64,000 nucleotides of DNA from Neoconidiobolus thromboides FSU 785 (taxonomy: Eukaryota; Fungi; Entomophthoromycota). Positions 38,653-49,469 of this stretch are shown here, in pieces. The first letter of the stretch is position 1. Each line of letters opens with the position of its first letter. The notes below the pieces were generated by a model. The model searched no databases, had not been told where the DNA came from, and saw nothing but the letters and a program-made list of their open reading frames with translations. The stretch spans positions 349,828 through 413,827 of the forward strand of contig MU626258.1 of the NCBI GenBank assembly GCA_025603075.1, in the 5' to 3' direction. The position numbers were made by a program, and so were the translations under genes.

Positions 38653-38756
38653 TATGGAAATGTATTTTCGTGTTTAAGAATTTTACTACCGTTTTTTCCA
38701 CTCAAATAGTGCCTAAAAATGGAAAAGGCGATGAAGCCAAAAAAAACATCCCCATA
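38653..38756 (-). mobile_element. MITE-like copy 14
   Basis: Reads TATGGAAATGTATTTT...AAAACATCCCCATA. Confidence 0.86.
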
Positions 38757-38932
38757 TGAGTTTTAGTAAAATAATACTGCTAAATCAATTGTTAGTTTAA
38801 ATTAACGATTATAAAGTTTGACTTCTAAAAAAACTATTAACCTTTTATTATAACTGCATGTAAAAAGTAAATTTGTAATGATACAATATTACAAAAATAT
38901 AACAAATAAAATACTTGTGCTAAAATAATAAA

Positions 38933-39035
38933 TGCGGGGGTATATTTTGCTTAATAACTTTGCTAATAATTTTTCCGCTCAAATAGCACTTAAAAAATGG
39001 AAAAAGTAATGAAACCAAAAAAACATCCCAAAATA
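38933..39035 (-). mobile_element. MITE-like copy 15
   Basis: Contains TTTTCCGCTCAAATAGCACTTAAAAAATGGAAAAAGTAATGAAACCAAAAAAACATCCC. Confidence 0.86.
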
Positions 39036-39368
39036 TTGTTTAAGTTAAGTAGCATTTAAATTAGTTAAATTTATAATGCTTTGCTTTTCCAAAAAAACAT
39101 TTAAATGATTTTATAAACTTTATTTCAAAAATCTTAATTGCTATCAATATTGGCATTAATATTAGTGTGGAGTTAAAATAAAGTTAAGTTAAAGTTAGTT
39201 AATGCTAGGCTAAATTTAATGTTGGTATCAAGATTAGGGCTAATGTACGGTTGAATTCAAAGGCAGGTCTCTTTAAAAGATTTTATTAAAATTTTGTTTT
39301 TTGCTATAATCTTCTAATAATTCTACTCTTAGACTATACTTCTCCTGTAGATCAGCTTATTAACAAGA

Positions 39369-39440
39369 TATGGTGATGTTTTTTTATTTGAGTGGAAAAA
39401 TTGCTAGCAAAATTCTTAAATACAAAAACATATCCCCATA
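39369..39440 (+). mobile_element. MITE-like copy 16, internally deleted (72 bp), both termini kept
   Basis: TATGGTGATGTTTTTTT is joined directly to ATTTGAGTGGAAAA...CATATCCCCATA. Confidence 0.8.
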
Positions 39441-39965
39441 TGTTTAATTCTATATCTGATGCTCTTCTATAACATTTTGAATTTCTACTACACCAAAAAG
39501 AGTTCATTCTATCAGTTTTCAGCTAAATTATACAGATCTCTCCTTAAACTTTTGCCTTTTACTTATATTTTCTACTATTTTTTATGACTCTAAGGATTAT
39601 CACTATTTTCTATTCACAATTATTAATTTCTTTTATCCTTCTCTTCTAATTAATTATCACAGGACCTCCCTGAATTTAGCTTTTCTGGTATCCTCTATTT
39701 TTATTAGCCTTACTAGTATTATTTATAATCATGCTTCATAAAAATAACTTGTCATTTTTAATATACACTACTTGTCACTTATTTGATAATACACTATATG
39801 TGATAAAAAAATATACATAATCTTTATGTAAAGCTTTTATTGTCTTAAAAATTAAGATAATTTAACTAAAAGATGAAGTTAATATTAAATAGGAAAAGAA
39901 AAGAAAAAATAAATTTAAATTGCTTTTATAAAATTTGATATTTGAAGCTAATTAATAAAGTATGA

Positions 39966-41485
39966 TTAAAGTTCATCTTTAGAATTGTCAATAGGGGCTC
40001 CGGATTCGGATGCTAAATTAGATAAGAATTGCACCAAGATATTGTTGCGGATGGTGAATTCATCTAATGATTTTGGAACAAGGTTGCCACCTTTGATCAT
40101 TTTAGTAAGACGACTAGATTCAGTCTTAACATAATCACCCCCTTTTTCAATAATGTTATTGAGGACTTTAACATAGTATTTGGCATTCCTAATTTATGTT
40201 TAAGTAATATTAAAATGAAATTAAAAAGAAGTTTACTTAGTTCCTTCTTTTTCAGCAATGATAGCAGCATCCTTGGATATTTTCTTGAGTTCTTTGATGT
40301 CACTTCCGGCTTCCCAGTAGCGTTTAAGGATATCTTTAAACTTATCGTCTACTCCAGCCTAAATAAGCAAAATAAGCAAAATAGTAAATATAAGTAAATA
40401 AGAATACTTTTTCACTTAATCCACCTCCAATAACTCTGAAAGTTCCAGCTTTTTCATTTAAATATTTAAGGAACTCTTCTCTGGTACGACCTTCAGTGTA
40501 TGCTTCAGGCTTATCCTTGTTATCCTTGGAGAAGAATTTGATGGTAGGGTAACCGGAAATATCATATCTATAAAATGCGTTTAGAAAGTCAATAAAAGCA
40601 AACCAATCATTTACTTTTCGCCGATAGATTTAGCAGCATCGGCATTAAGTTTAGCAATAACAACCTAAATATATATTGAATATCAATATAGGGGATAGTA
40701 TTAGTGAATTTACTTCGTCTTCATGAGCAAAATCAAGGCCAACTTCCTCATAGATAGGAGCTAAACCGAACATAAGAATTAAATTTGTAAAAAAGAATAT
40801 TAACTACCTAATTGTTTACAATGGCCGCACCATGGAGCATAAAATTCAACAAGGACGTGCTTCTTTTTATCCAAAACGATCTTATCAAAGTTGGCTGCAG
40901 TAAGGGTGACAACATGGGAGACTTCTTTTTTAGCATTGATACCTATTTATGTTAAATCATGAATTGGAAGATTTACAGTACTATTACCAGTTCTTTCTTT
41001 TATAAAATCTTGTAAAGCTTCAAGTTCGCGGGCCCCTTCGTAATCTTCAGGTTCATCACTACCAACAGGGAACCATTTAAGAGTTGGATATCCTTTGATG
41101 TCATATTTGTTACCCAAGTCCTTATGGGTATCAGCATCTACCTTTGCAATAATAACTTTATCTTGATGTTTGGCAAAAGAGTCAGCAAGCTTCTCGTAGA
41201 TCTAATAGATTTTGTAAATTGAAAATGTTATGAAATTTGAGCTATTAATTACTGGGGCTAAAGTTTTACAGTGACCACACCATGGAGCAAAAAATTCTAC
41301 TAAAGCTGGAACAGTACGTTTCTTTGGTACTTTCTAATAAAATTTATCAGTTATATTCTTTGTATTATATAGTGTCTTACATCAGCAAAGTTTTCAGGAG
41401 TCAATTCAACTACATTGCTACTTTCAGAAGCAAGGGTGAATTGAAATAATAAACTAGCTGCAGTAGTTAAAATACTAAACTTCAT
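39966..41485 (-). CDS. Protein disulfide isomerase, ERp38/PDIA6/TigA type (two thioredoxin domains plus an ERp29-like C-terminal domain)
   Basis: It has a signal peptide, [10 protein letters not shown] and [10 protein letters not shown] motifs, GYPTLK/IKF, and [10 protein letters not shown], and ends SKDEL* (ER retention). Confidence 0.94.
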
Positions 41486-41906
41486 TTTAATTAAAGTACA
41501 AATACTTTTCAATTATGTTTATATACTTTTATGTCATGACGTATCATTTTGTCTGTAATATTGGCTTACTTTGATTGGATAAAAAACATCATAATAATGA
41601 AATAGTAACAGTTTCAACTTTAGGGGTAATAATTACCTGTATACATCATTATTTGTAGATAGTAAATAATATAAACTATTAAAACATGGTTTAGAGCTTA
41701 AAATATTTAGTATAAACATTATAAAATTTATACATGCTGCTCAAAAAACACTATGATGTGAAAAAAATAATATAACCGCTTTATTTAATTTGAATAAAGG
41801 CCTGAATCTTTTATGGTCGGGTAGGAGAGAATAAAACATGTAATAATAATACAGGATAATACCTATATAACTGACTCTTAAATATTTAATAAAAATATTC
41901 TAGTCG

Positions 41907-42844
41907 CTATTCCTCATCAGAATCAGAGTAATCATTTACTAAGGAGAGAATCGGTTTAATTGTTTCTACTTTTGACTCTTCTTTCTTAATAATACCAAAT
42001 TTACTCATCCCCTTTGATGGAGCATTATTACTTTTTTTAACTACTGGCGCAATTTTAGGTTGCTCTTCATGAGCTTCTTTATTTTTAGTGGATTGAACCC
42101 AATTTTGTTGAATACCGGACTTCTTTAAAAGCTCTTGGATATGATTCTGTGCAACTTTAGCTTCCTTTTCTTTAGGATCCATTTCTTCGCCTTCTTCTCT
42201 TTCTCTCTTAGCTTTGAAAACTTGGTTAGCGATCTTTTCATCTTCATCAGAATCATTTGTTTCTATTAATTTATCTAAAAGTTCACTAGCGTCCATACGC
42301 TCAAAACGAGCATTCCTTGTACGGATTTCATCCAAACCTTCCATAATTTCCATTTCTCTTTTACTTTCTTTGGTTCTATTTTCTAAAGCTTTAAGCGGGT
42401 TATTTTCCTCTTCCTTTTCTTTTAATTCCAAAAGCTCCTTATTGATTTGATCTTCATCTCTCCAAGGTTCAAAATTTCTTGAAACTCCATGCTCAGCAAC
42501 ATAATCTGCATTTTTTGGATCTGTTTTAAATGTTATTTCTGCTGCACATCTAGGACAACGTATAAAGAATCTAAATATTAAAATTGAGTAATATGTTTCT
42601 CCTTTTACAGTTTCTTTTCTTGCATTGAACTTTTTCCCTTTATAAATATATTCCCCACAACTTTCACATCGCATTGAAAAAGGTGCCATTAAACGAACTT
42701 TATGTTGTCTATCTTTGACCTTCTTTACTTTGGGAATAATTGATGGATCGAAATTGGGTGGGTAATACTAAATAAGCTTGTTAATGTGGAACCTAAGAAT
42801 AGACTTATACTACTTACCTTATTCAATACTTTACGCTCAGACAT
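41907..42844 (-). CDS. YJU2: Splicing factor Yju2/CCDC94
   Basis: The spliced read is MSERKVLNK-YYPPNFDP...VRLMAPFSMRCESCGEYIYKGKKFNARKE...RCPRCAAEITFKTDPKNADY. Confidence 0.95.
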
Positions 42845-43165
42845 CTTTTAGTAGTTTGACAAATGAATTTGAGTGATAGAAAATAAAATAAAAAAAGTCT
42901 TAGTTCAAAACTAAGCTATTTGATTTTTTCAAAGTTTAGGCTAAGGAAATTTTAAAGTCAGATTTTAAAAAGTATGAATTAAAATATTTTTAAATGTATA
43001 TTTATACGTCTTTTAAGCTTTATAAAACTTATTTTTTTATAAAAATTAATATTACTCATTAATCACAATTTTGTAATTTAATCATTAATTTTATATTTTT
43101 CTGTAATCCCACAAAGAATTAATTATACTTTAGATAATAGGGTGTGAACTATGTGCATGTTACCA

Positions 43166-43298
43166 TTAAAAATGATGAACGTTTAATGAGCATGAAGGCG
43201 AAAGCCTGGGTCTGGGATCGTAGAAGGAACCAGCTTCGTGTTGGAGGACCCTCCTTTTGCCCTCAGATCATGATCACAAACTACAACGTCTGATTTAA
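43166..43298 (+). ncRNA. Candidate box C/D snoRNA (~130 nt)
   Basis: A GC-rich island with C box ATGATGA (43172-43178), D box CTGA (43290-43293), a terminal stem TTAAA/TTTAA, an internal D'-like CAGA (43264) with C'-like TGATCA (43271), and small hairpins (AGGC-GAAA-GCCT). Confidence 0.68.
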
Positions 43299-43493
43299 AC
43301 TATAATAATAATAAAAATCTATTGTGAAAAAAGAAGTAAGTTCATTTTGTACAAATTGAACTTGATTTATTCTGTAATAAATTTTCGGTTTATTTAAACA
43401 TTGAATCAGCAAACAATTTTTAAGCTGCTAAATAGATTATTAATATTATTTTGAGATGAGCCCAAAGCAAGTAAAAATATTTAATATCCATCA

Positions 43494-43589
43494 TATGGGA
43501 TATTTTTTTTGATTTCATACATTTTTTAAGCGCTATTTGAGCGGAAAAACTGGTAGTAAAATTCTTAAACAAAAAAATACATTCTTATA
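43494..43589 (+). mobile_element. MITE-like copy 17
   Basis: Reads TATGGGATATTTT...TAAGCGCTATTTGAGCGGAAAA...AATACATTCTTATA. Confidence 0.82.
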
Positions 43590-43849
43590 TAGTGCGTCTA
43601 TAGCTATTTTGTTAACCGTAAAATACACAGTAAGCTTTCTCAAATATTAAAGATATTACTATCTAAACTTTAATAAACTATATGTTTTAACAGTGTTAAA
43701 TAAACTTTATTATCTAAATAAGAAGTAGCAAAAAAACAATGTAGCTTGAAAACAAAGTGAAAATATCACAATAATTTTAGTTAGTTTAAATGCCACTTTA
43801 TTAAAGCTATTCATTAAATTAATCAAAACACATTTAGGAATTAATTCTT

Positions 43850-43893
43850 TACTCTGCTACTTTACTCTACTACTTTACTCTACTACTTTACTT
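43850..43893. repeat. 13-bp minisatellite (TACTCTACTACTT)x3
   Basis: The direct tandem units are visible in the sequence. Confidence 0.75.
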
Positions 43894-44755
43894 TTTTGTG
43901 CTAGTGAGCTTTTTGTATATTTATTGTTATTTGTATACACTGCTTATTACTACCAATAAAATATTATAAAACTATGAAATTTATTTGTATATTGATTATA
44001 TTAAGTTTATTTCAAAAAGCTTTACCGCTTCATAAATTAATTATGATCAAGGACCCATTCTGTCAAAGTTTAAATTTTTCAGTTTAAACTTTTTAAGCTA
44101 TTTACAAATTGAAACTTAACTTAAAAAAACTTGTTATAATACTACTGACATGAATAAATTAAACATAAAGCCATGAAGTAATATTAAAAACAAAGGCTCC
44201 TATCTTACTCTCATTAGAGTTTTAATTCATTTTTTCAATTTATTATTTTAATCTTCTATACTATCAATGCTTGGTATATGTGTTTAAATTCATTGATTCC
44301 TTTATTTTAATAATATTTATAGTTATATTAAATTAAATTTAACATAAATTAAGTTAAAATTACAACGAAAAACGAAAACATTGTTTCTAAAAGAAGTTAT
44401 TAGTAAATAGATATAGAAATTGTTTGAATAATAGTACTACTTCCTTTAAAAATTTCAAATAGTAAATGTAATAATTAATTATAAAGCCACCCAAAATAAA
44501 AGTTATGATCTCATTTTATAACTTTTTCTTGAAAAATTGATGAGTAAAAAGCTTAAATAGTAAAGAATAATATTTCAGTTATTTAATTCGAATCAACATT
44601 TGTTGATAGAAAAAAAAGGAAAAAAAAGGATATTTACTCGATTAAAAGTGGGTTTTTTAATTTATCAACAATGATAATTTAGTTTTCAAGATTTTAAACT
44701 ATAAATAACAATAGATAATATACTTTTACTTAATAATTTTAATTTAGAATAGAAC

Positions 44756-46232
44756 ATGCAGCAAGCTCATTTTAATAACCTAAATCAACACTTTGAATTA
44801 CCCATCTTATCCCATACTAGACATAATGAACAATATTATAGACCTATACCTACTACCATTGATGAACTTCAGGACTTTTTACCTAAAACTAACAACTATG
44901 AATGGGTAAAAAAAGGACACTCACTAAAACACACTCGAACCAAAAATAAGGAAGACAAAGATTTGTATTATGGTATAATTATGGATGCAGGTTCAACTGG
45001 AACGTAAGATAGCTTTATAATTCATACTACATATATTTATTTATTATAGTCGAATCTTTATATATGAATGGAACAAACCAACGGATTGCCATGATTCACC
45101 TTATATAGTACCAAGTATTTATGACTCTGGTCCGAAAAAAGGCAAGCAGTTTAAAATTAAAAAGCTGGGTGGTTTAGCTGAGATAGAGCCAGAACAAGTA
45201 GATGAGTATTTGAAGGACTTTATAGGTAATGCTACCGAATATATACCAAAATCAAAGCATGCTAGGACTCCTATATTTTTAAAAGCAACCGCTGGTATGC
45301 GATTATTACCAAGGACTCGCTCCCATCAATTAATGGAAAATGTTCGTAACACACTTAAAAACTCAGGATTTAAATTTGATCCAAAATTTGGTGCTCAAGT
45401 GATTCCTGGAGAATATGAAGGTGTTTTTGGTTGGTTAGCCATTAATTATTTGGCAGGTATTTTAGGCTCTGATGATGAACCTGATCTTAGCCATGGTATG
45501 CTTGATATGGGTGGTGCTTCTTGCCAAATTACTTTTGAAACACCACAAGTGCCAATGGAAAATTCGTTTCCAATTAATTTAAATGGCACTTCAAGAGTAG
45601 TTTACACTCACTCTTATCTTCGATTTGGTAGAAATGAAGCAAGACTAAGGTATCACGCTAACGAAATAAAGTCCTTAGACAAAGGGGGGATTTTCAAGGA
45701 TCCATGCTTTGTTAAAGGATATCGAGGAAAAACGGGTCAAGGGGTAGATTTTGAAGGTTCTGGAGATTTTACAAATTGTGTTATTAGTACTCGAAAGTTA
45801 ATGTTAAAAGACCCATTTTGTCCGACCATGTCATGTGCTGTAAATGGAGTTTATCAACCGGATATTCCCAAAGATATGAAATTGATAGCCATTTCTGGCA
45901 TGTTTAAAGTAGCGAAGTGGTTTAAATGCAAAGGAAAATCAAATATTCGATGCTTAATGGAAAAAGCAGACTCAGTCTGTAGCAATTTGAATTATGATGA
46001 ATATTTAAATAAGTATGATAAATGGAGTGATGACAAAGATATCGACCATTACTGTTTTATGGCAGCTTATATAGTTAACATGTTGAATGAAGGATACGGG
46101 TTAGCTTTAGATCGTGATATCTATTTTGATGAGGAAGTAGAAGGTATTGATGTTGGATGGACTTTAGGAGCAATGATTTATGAAGTAAATTTGATGTTTC
46201 CTTCAGGACAATGTTGCCATCCATCAGGCTAA
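44756..46232 (+). CDS. GDA1/CD39 family nucleoside tri/diphosphatase (apyrase); start codon uncertain
   Basis: All five apyrase conserved regions are present: DAGSTG(T/S)R, KATAGMRLL, GEYEGVFGWLAINY, DMGGASCQI and GWTLG. There is one intron at ~45005-45049. Confidence 0.92.
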
Positions 46233-46691
46233 ACATGATTTTTCATTTCAATATAATTTCATCTATAAATACTATGGCAAAGCCAAAAAAAGAGTTGAGC
46301 AGAAATACATACGCTTCAATTTTCTGTAATGTAACTTAGTTTTACTTTCTATGAATAAATTTTTTATATACTTTTTATACACTTTAATTCTGTTAAATCT
46401 TAGTATTTTAAATTTTTATAGAAATAAGTAATATTTTTACAGTCTTTGAACTTAGTAAAAGATAAAATGCTAATTTTTATACTTGTAAAAGAATATACGC
46501 TCTAATTAATATTCATGCTTAATATTGTACAGTCATAAACCTAGTCAATTTTTATATAATATATTAAGGGTATGTTTATTTATTCACAATAAATGGAATA
46601 GAACATAAAATAATCAAATGAAACAATTAAAATTAAACAGTAATTATGATATTTCAGCAATAGAATATATATAACATTGGAAATGATCAAA

Positions 46692-48721
46692 CTATCTAGG
46701 ATTAGCATTGGCATTGGCTTCATTGTTCCTATTAGCTTGTGGTGGACGCTCTGGAAGGATAGATGAAAAAAACGTAATAGCACCTTCAATTAAGGGATGT
46801 CTTGGCTCTCTAGGGGGTGCTGGTGGTGTTTCAGGTGCTAGCTCACCTTCGTTTCCTTCATTTATATCTTCATGTAAATCGTTATTTTCGTTTCCGTTAT
46901 GTTGCTGATCCTGTTGTTGGTTATTAGCTTCATCAACACGTCCAAACTCTATTTGAACATCAATAATCCCATTACTAAAGATAAAGAATATAAGAACTAC
47001 AATGCCAAATAGTATTTGCTTGTAAATATCGCCTCCAATATGCGTAAAAAAATAGACAAGTGCAAGTTTAAACGCGATTTTTATAGCTGGCCATATGATT
47101 CTTAAATATCTAAAAATAGTACGAAGTACCGATGCTCTTTCTCTACGAACTCTTCTAATAACATAACGTCTAGTTCGTCTAGTCCTATTAGGATCTGAAG
47201 TTGCTGTTTCTCTAGGAGCGACTGGATTTTCAGCTCCGGAGGTTCCAGTAGGAGTTTTAAGCAAATAATTGCGTCCACTAAAAAATATTAATAAAAGTAA
47301 AATGGTGATATTAGAAACTTTACTTGATTTTTACATGTTGATAAGTGGTAGGCTGAAGTTGAAGTTGGATTTGTAAATTATCAGTATAAGTTTTTTTCAT
47401 GATTTCTGCAAAGCGCAATTTCGCTGCTTCAGAAACAATCAAACCTCCTCGCTCTATTCTTTGTATATAAGCTTCTATAAAATCTGCATCTGATCTTAAT
47501 ACATCACTAGCAGGTGGATTATGTGGAACATTTAATCTCGGATCTTGGCTATTATTCATAGAGGTATTAAATCTGAATGAGTTGGAGTCATTATGAGATC
47601 CAAGCATTGATCTACTTGTTGAATTGCTAGTTATTCCAGTCATTGGTGTGTCAGGGTTATTAGTTGCTAGAAGCCTTGAAGTCCCGGAACTATTATTTAA
47701 TTCAAAAGCTGGTGTTTCGGGACTATTAGTTGTCCTAAACGGCGATGCACTTATTGGACTGCCACTTGACCCAAGCACTGGTGCATTTGTTGAATTGATG
47801 CCAGATCTAAATGCAGGTGTGTTTGTTGAGTTACTGGTTGCTCCAAATATCTGTGTGCCAGTTAAATTATTATTTGAGCCAAACGCTGTTGTATTTGTTG
47901 AGCTATCATTTGAATCAGATCCTGGTCCATTTCTTGAATTATTACTTGATGAAAGTTCTGATACATTTACAGAGTTGGAATTTGCTACAAACTCAGATTT
48001 GTTTCTAAAATTATTCCCTGATGTAGACGTTGATGCATTTTCTGAATTATTATTTGACCTAAATCCTGATGCACTTGACCCAAGGGAAGGCACTTGATAA
48101 GAATTGAGATCTTTTATCGTTCCTTTTGATGAACTCTGAACATTACTTGATGACAGTATATTTCCACTGATTGGTGTTGAAGAGTTATTATAGTAATCTT
48201 GGCCATTGAGAGAATTATCTGATATATTAAGAGTTTGAGCTTTCGTAGTAGCAAAACTGGGAGTTAAATTTTTGTTGGTGTTTTCTTGTTTTGATACTTT
48301 CTTAATGGTTGGTGGAGGCACATTATTGATCATAACATGGAAATGAGGGTATCCTTTTGATTCATCTTTATCATCTGTTTTTGATTTGTCATCGCTTTCG
48401 CCTTCATCCTATTAAAGGTTAAGGTTAAGGTTTATAATCAACTATAAATGGATAAAGTACCTTTTTTTTCAAGACATCTTTAATAAACTCGTGGTTTTCC
48501 TTAATTTTCCCAAGGTAAATTATTCTAATATCAAATGTCTTTGGTTTAGTTGCTAGTTTATTTTTAAGCACTTTCTTAAGATCAAGGATAGTATTTATAG
48601 GAGACAAATGAATAATGTATTCAGGTAAATCCTCTGAAGCTCTATTAGGAATGAAGAGCACTACCGGTACTGACGAACCATTTACATCAGGTTCATTTAA
48701 GTGTGGATATTCTTGTGGCAT
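46692..48721 (-). CDS. HERP/Usa1-like ER membrane protein with an N-terminal ubiquitin-like domain, 3 exons
   Basis: It has a UBL (TILDLKKVL...IRIIYLGKI...KDVL...HFHVMI), an S/N-rich linker, YQHVKINGRNYLL, two hydrophobic segments (KLALVYFF; ILFGIVVLIFFIFS) and ITFFSSILPE near the C-terminus. Confidence 0.72.
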
Positions 48722-49074
48722 TTTATTTATAAAAATTATAAAGTTAATTTCGTTTGAAAAATCAAGATTTCTTAAAACTAAATCTCCTACTAGCAAATGT
48801 AACAAATCATATATCGCCATTTAACTTGATTTGTTTTTTAGTGTAGATATTCTTCAACCAACTTTAATTTGTTAATTTTGATGTTTGATTTGAAAGTATT
48901 GATCATTATTTGTATTTAAGCATAAATTCTATTAAGGCTACTCTGTTTTAAAGCTATCAAGCTGAATTCTTTATTTCAAAGTTTCTTTGACTAATTAAAT
49001 AAAGTCAAAAGTTAATATTTTTTGCTAATTTTTATACTGAAAACAACAGTTAAAATATAATAATGGTTTTTTAA

Positions 49075-49175
49075 AATGGGAGCCATCTTTAGTTTCATTT
49101 GTTTGACCCTTTTTAACTATCATTAAGTTGAAAAATTGTCAGTAGAGAATCCTTAAATAAAGAAATATTCTCAAA
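49075..49175 (+). mobile_element. MITE-like copy 18 (highly degenerate)
   Basis: Residual AGTTTCATTT...GAAAAATTGTCAGTAGAGAATCCTTAAATAAAGAAATATTCTCA. Confidence 0.5.
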
Positions 49176-49469
49176 TTGATCGTTCATTTAAAGCTAATAC
49201 TCTTTATAGAACTTAAATATAATGTAGGACAAATATACCTTCAAAAATGTCTATCTATCAATGTAGCTTTGTCTTGACTAGGTAGTTGGCTAAAGTATTT
49301 AAAAGTATATATTATTTTATATTAAAGCATTTAGTCTTATATTTAAATCAAATTAGAACTGAAGTAATTAAAAAAACTCTTCGAGCCAATAAAATCGATT
49401 TAATTTTTTCAACTAAATTGAATGAATTAATAAGCTAATATTATTTTTTTTTTAAAAATAAGATTAAAA

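Noticed and set aside
43100-43298. U3 snoRNA identity for the C/D candidate (TATACTTT upstream, GAGCATGAAG box-B-like)
   Set aside because: No box A (GATCATTTCTATAG-like) was found and the box C-D interval is too short for U3. It is kept only as a generic C/D candidate.
43974-44087. Short ORF MKFICILIILSLFQKALP... as a possible signal-peptide exon for the NTPDase
   Set aside because: Hydrophobic mini-ORFs arise readily in AT-rich DNA, and it would need an intron far longer than others here.
47624-48097. 157-aa antisense ORF inside the HERP-like gene, and similar antisense ORFs at 26926, 29224, 42214 and 55306
   Set aside because: They are expected opposite S/N/T-rich or repetitive coding sequence and have no independent motif support.
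1451-48721. Apparent enrichment of ER/secretory genes (DGAT2 x3, SEC63, PDI, NTPDase, HERP-like) as a functional cluster
   Set aside because: The genes are interspersed with unrelated housekeeping genes, and no shared regulatory motif or synteny evidence is visible.
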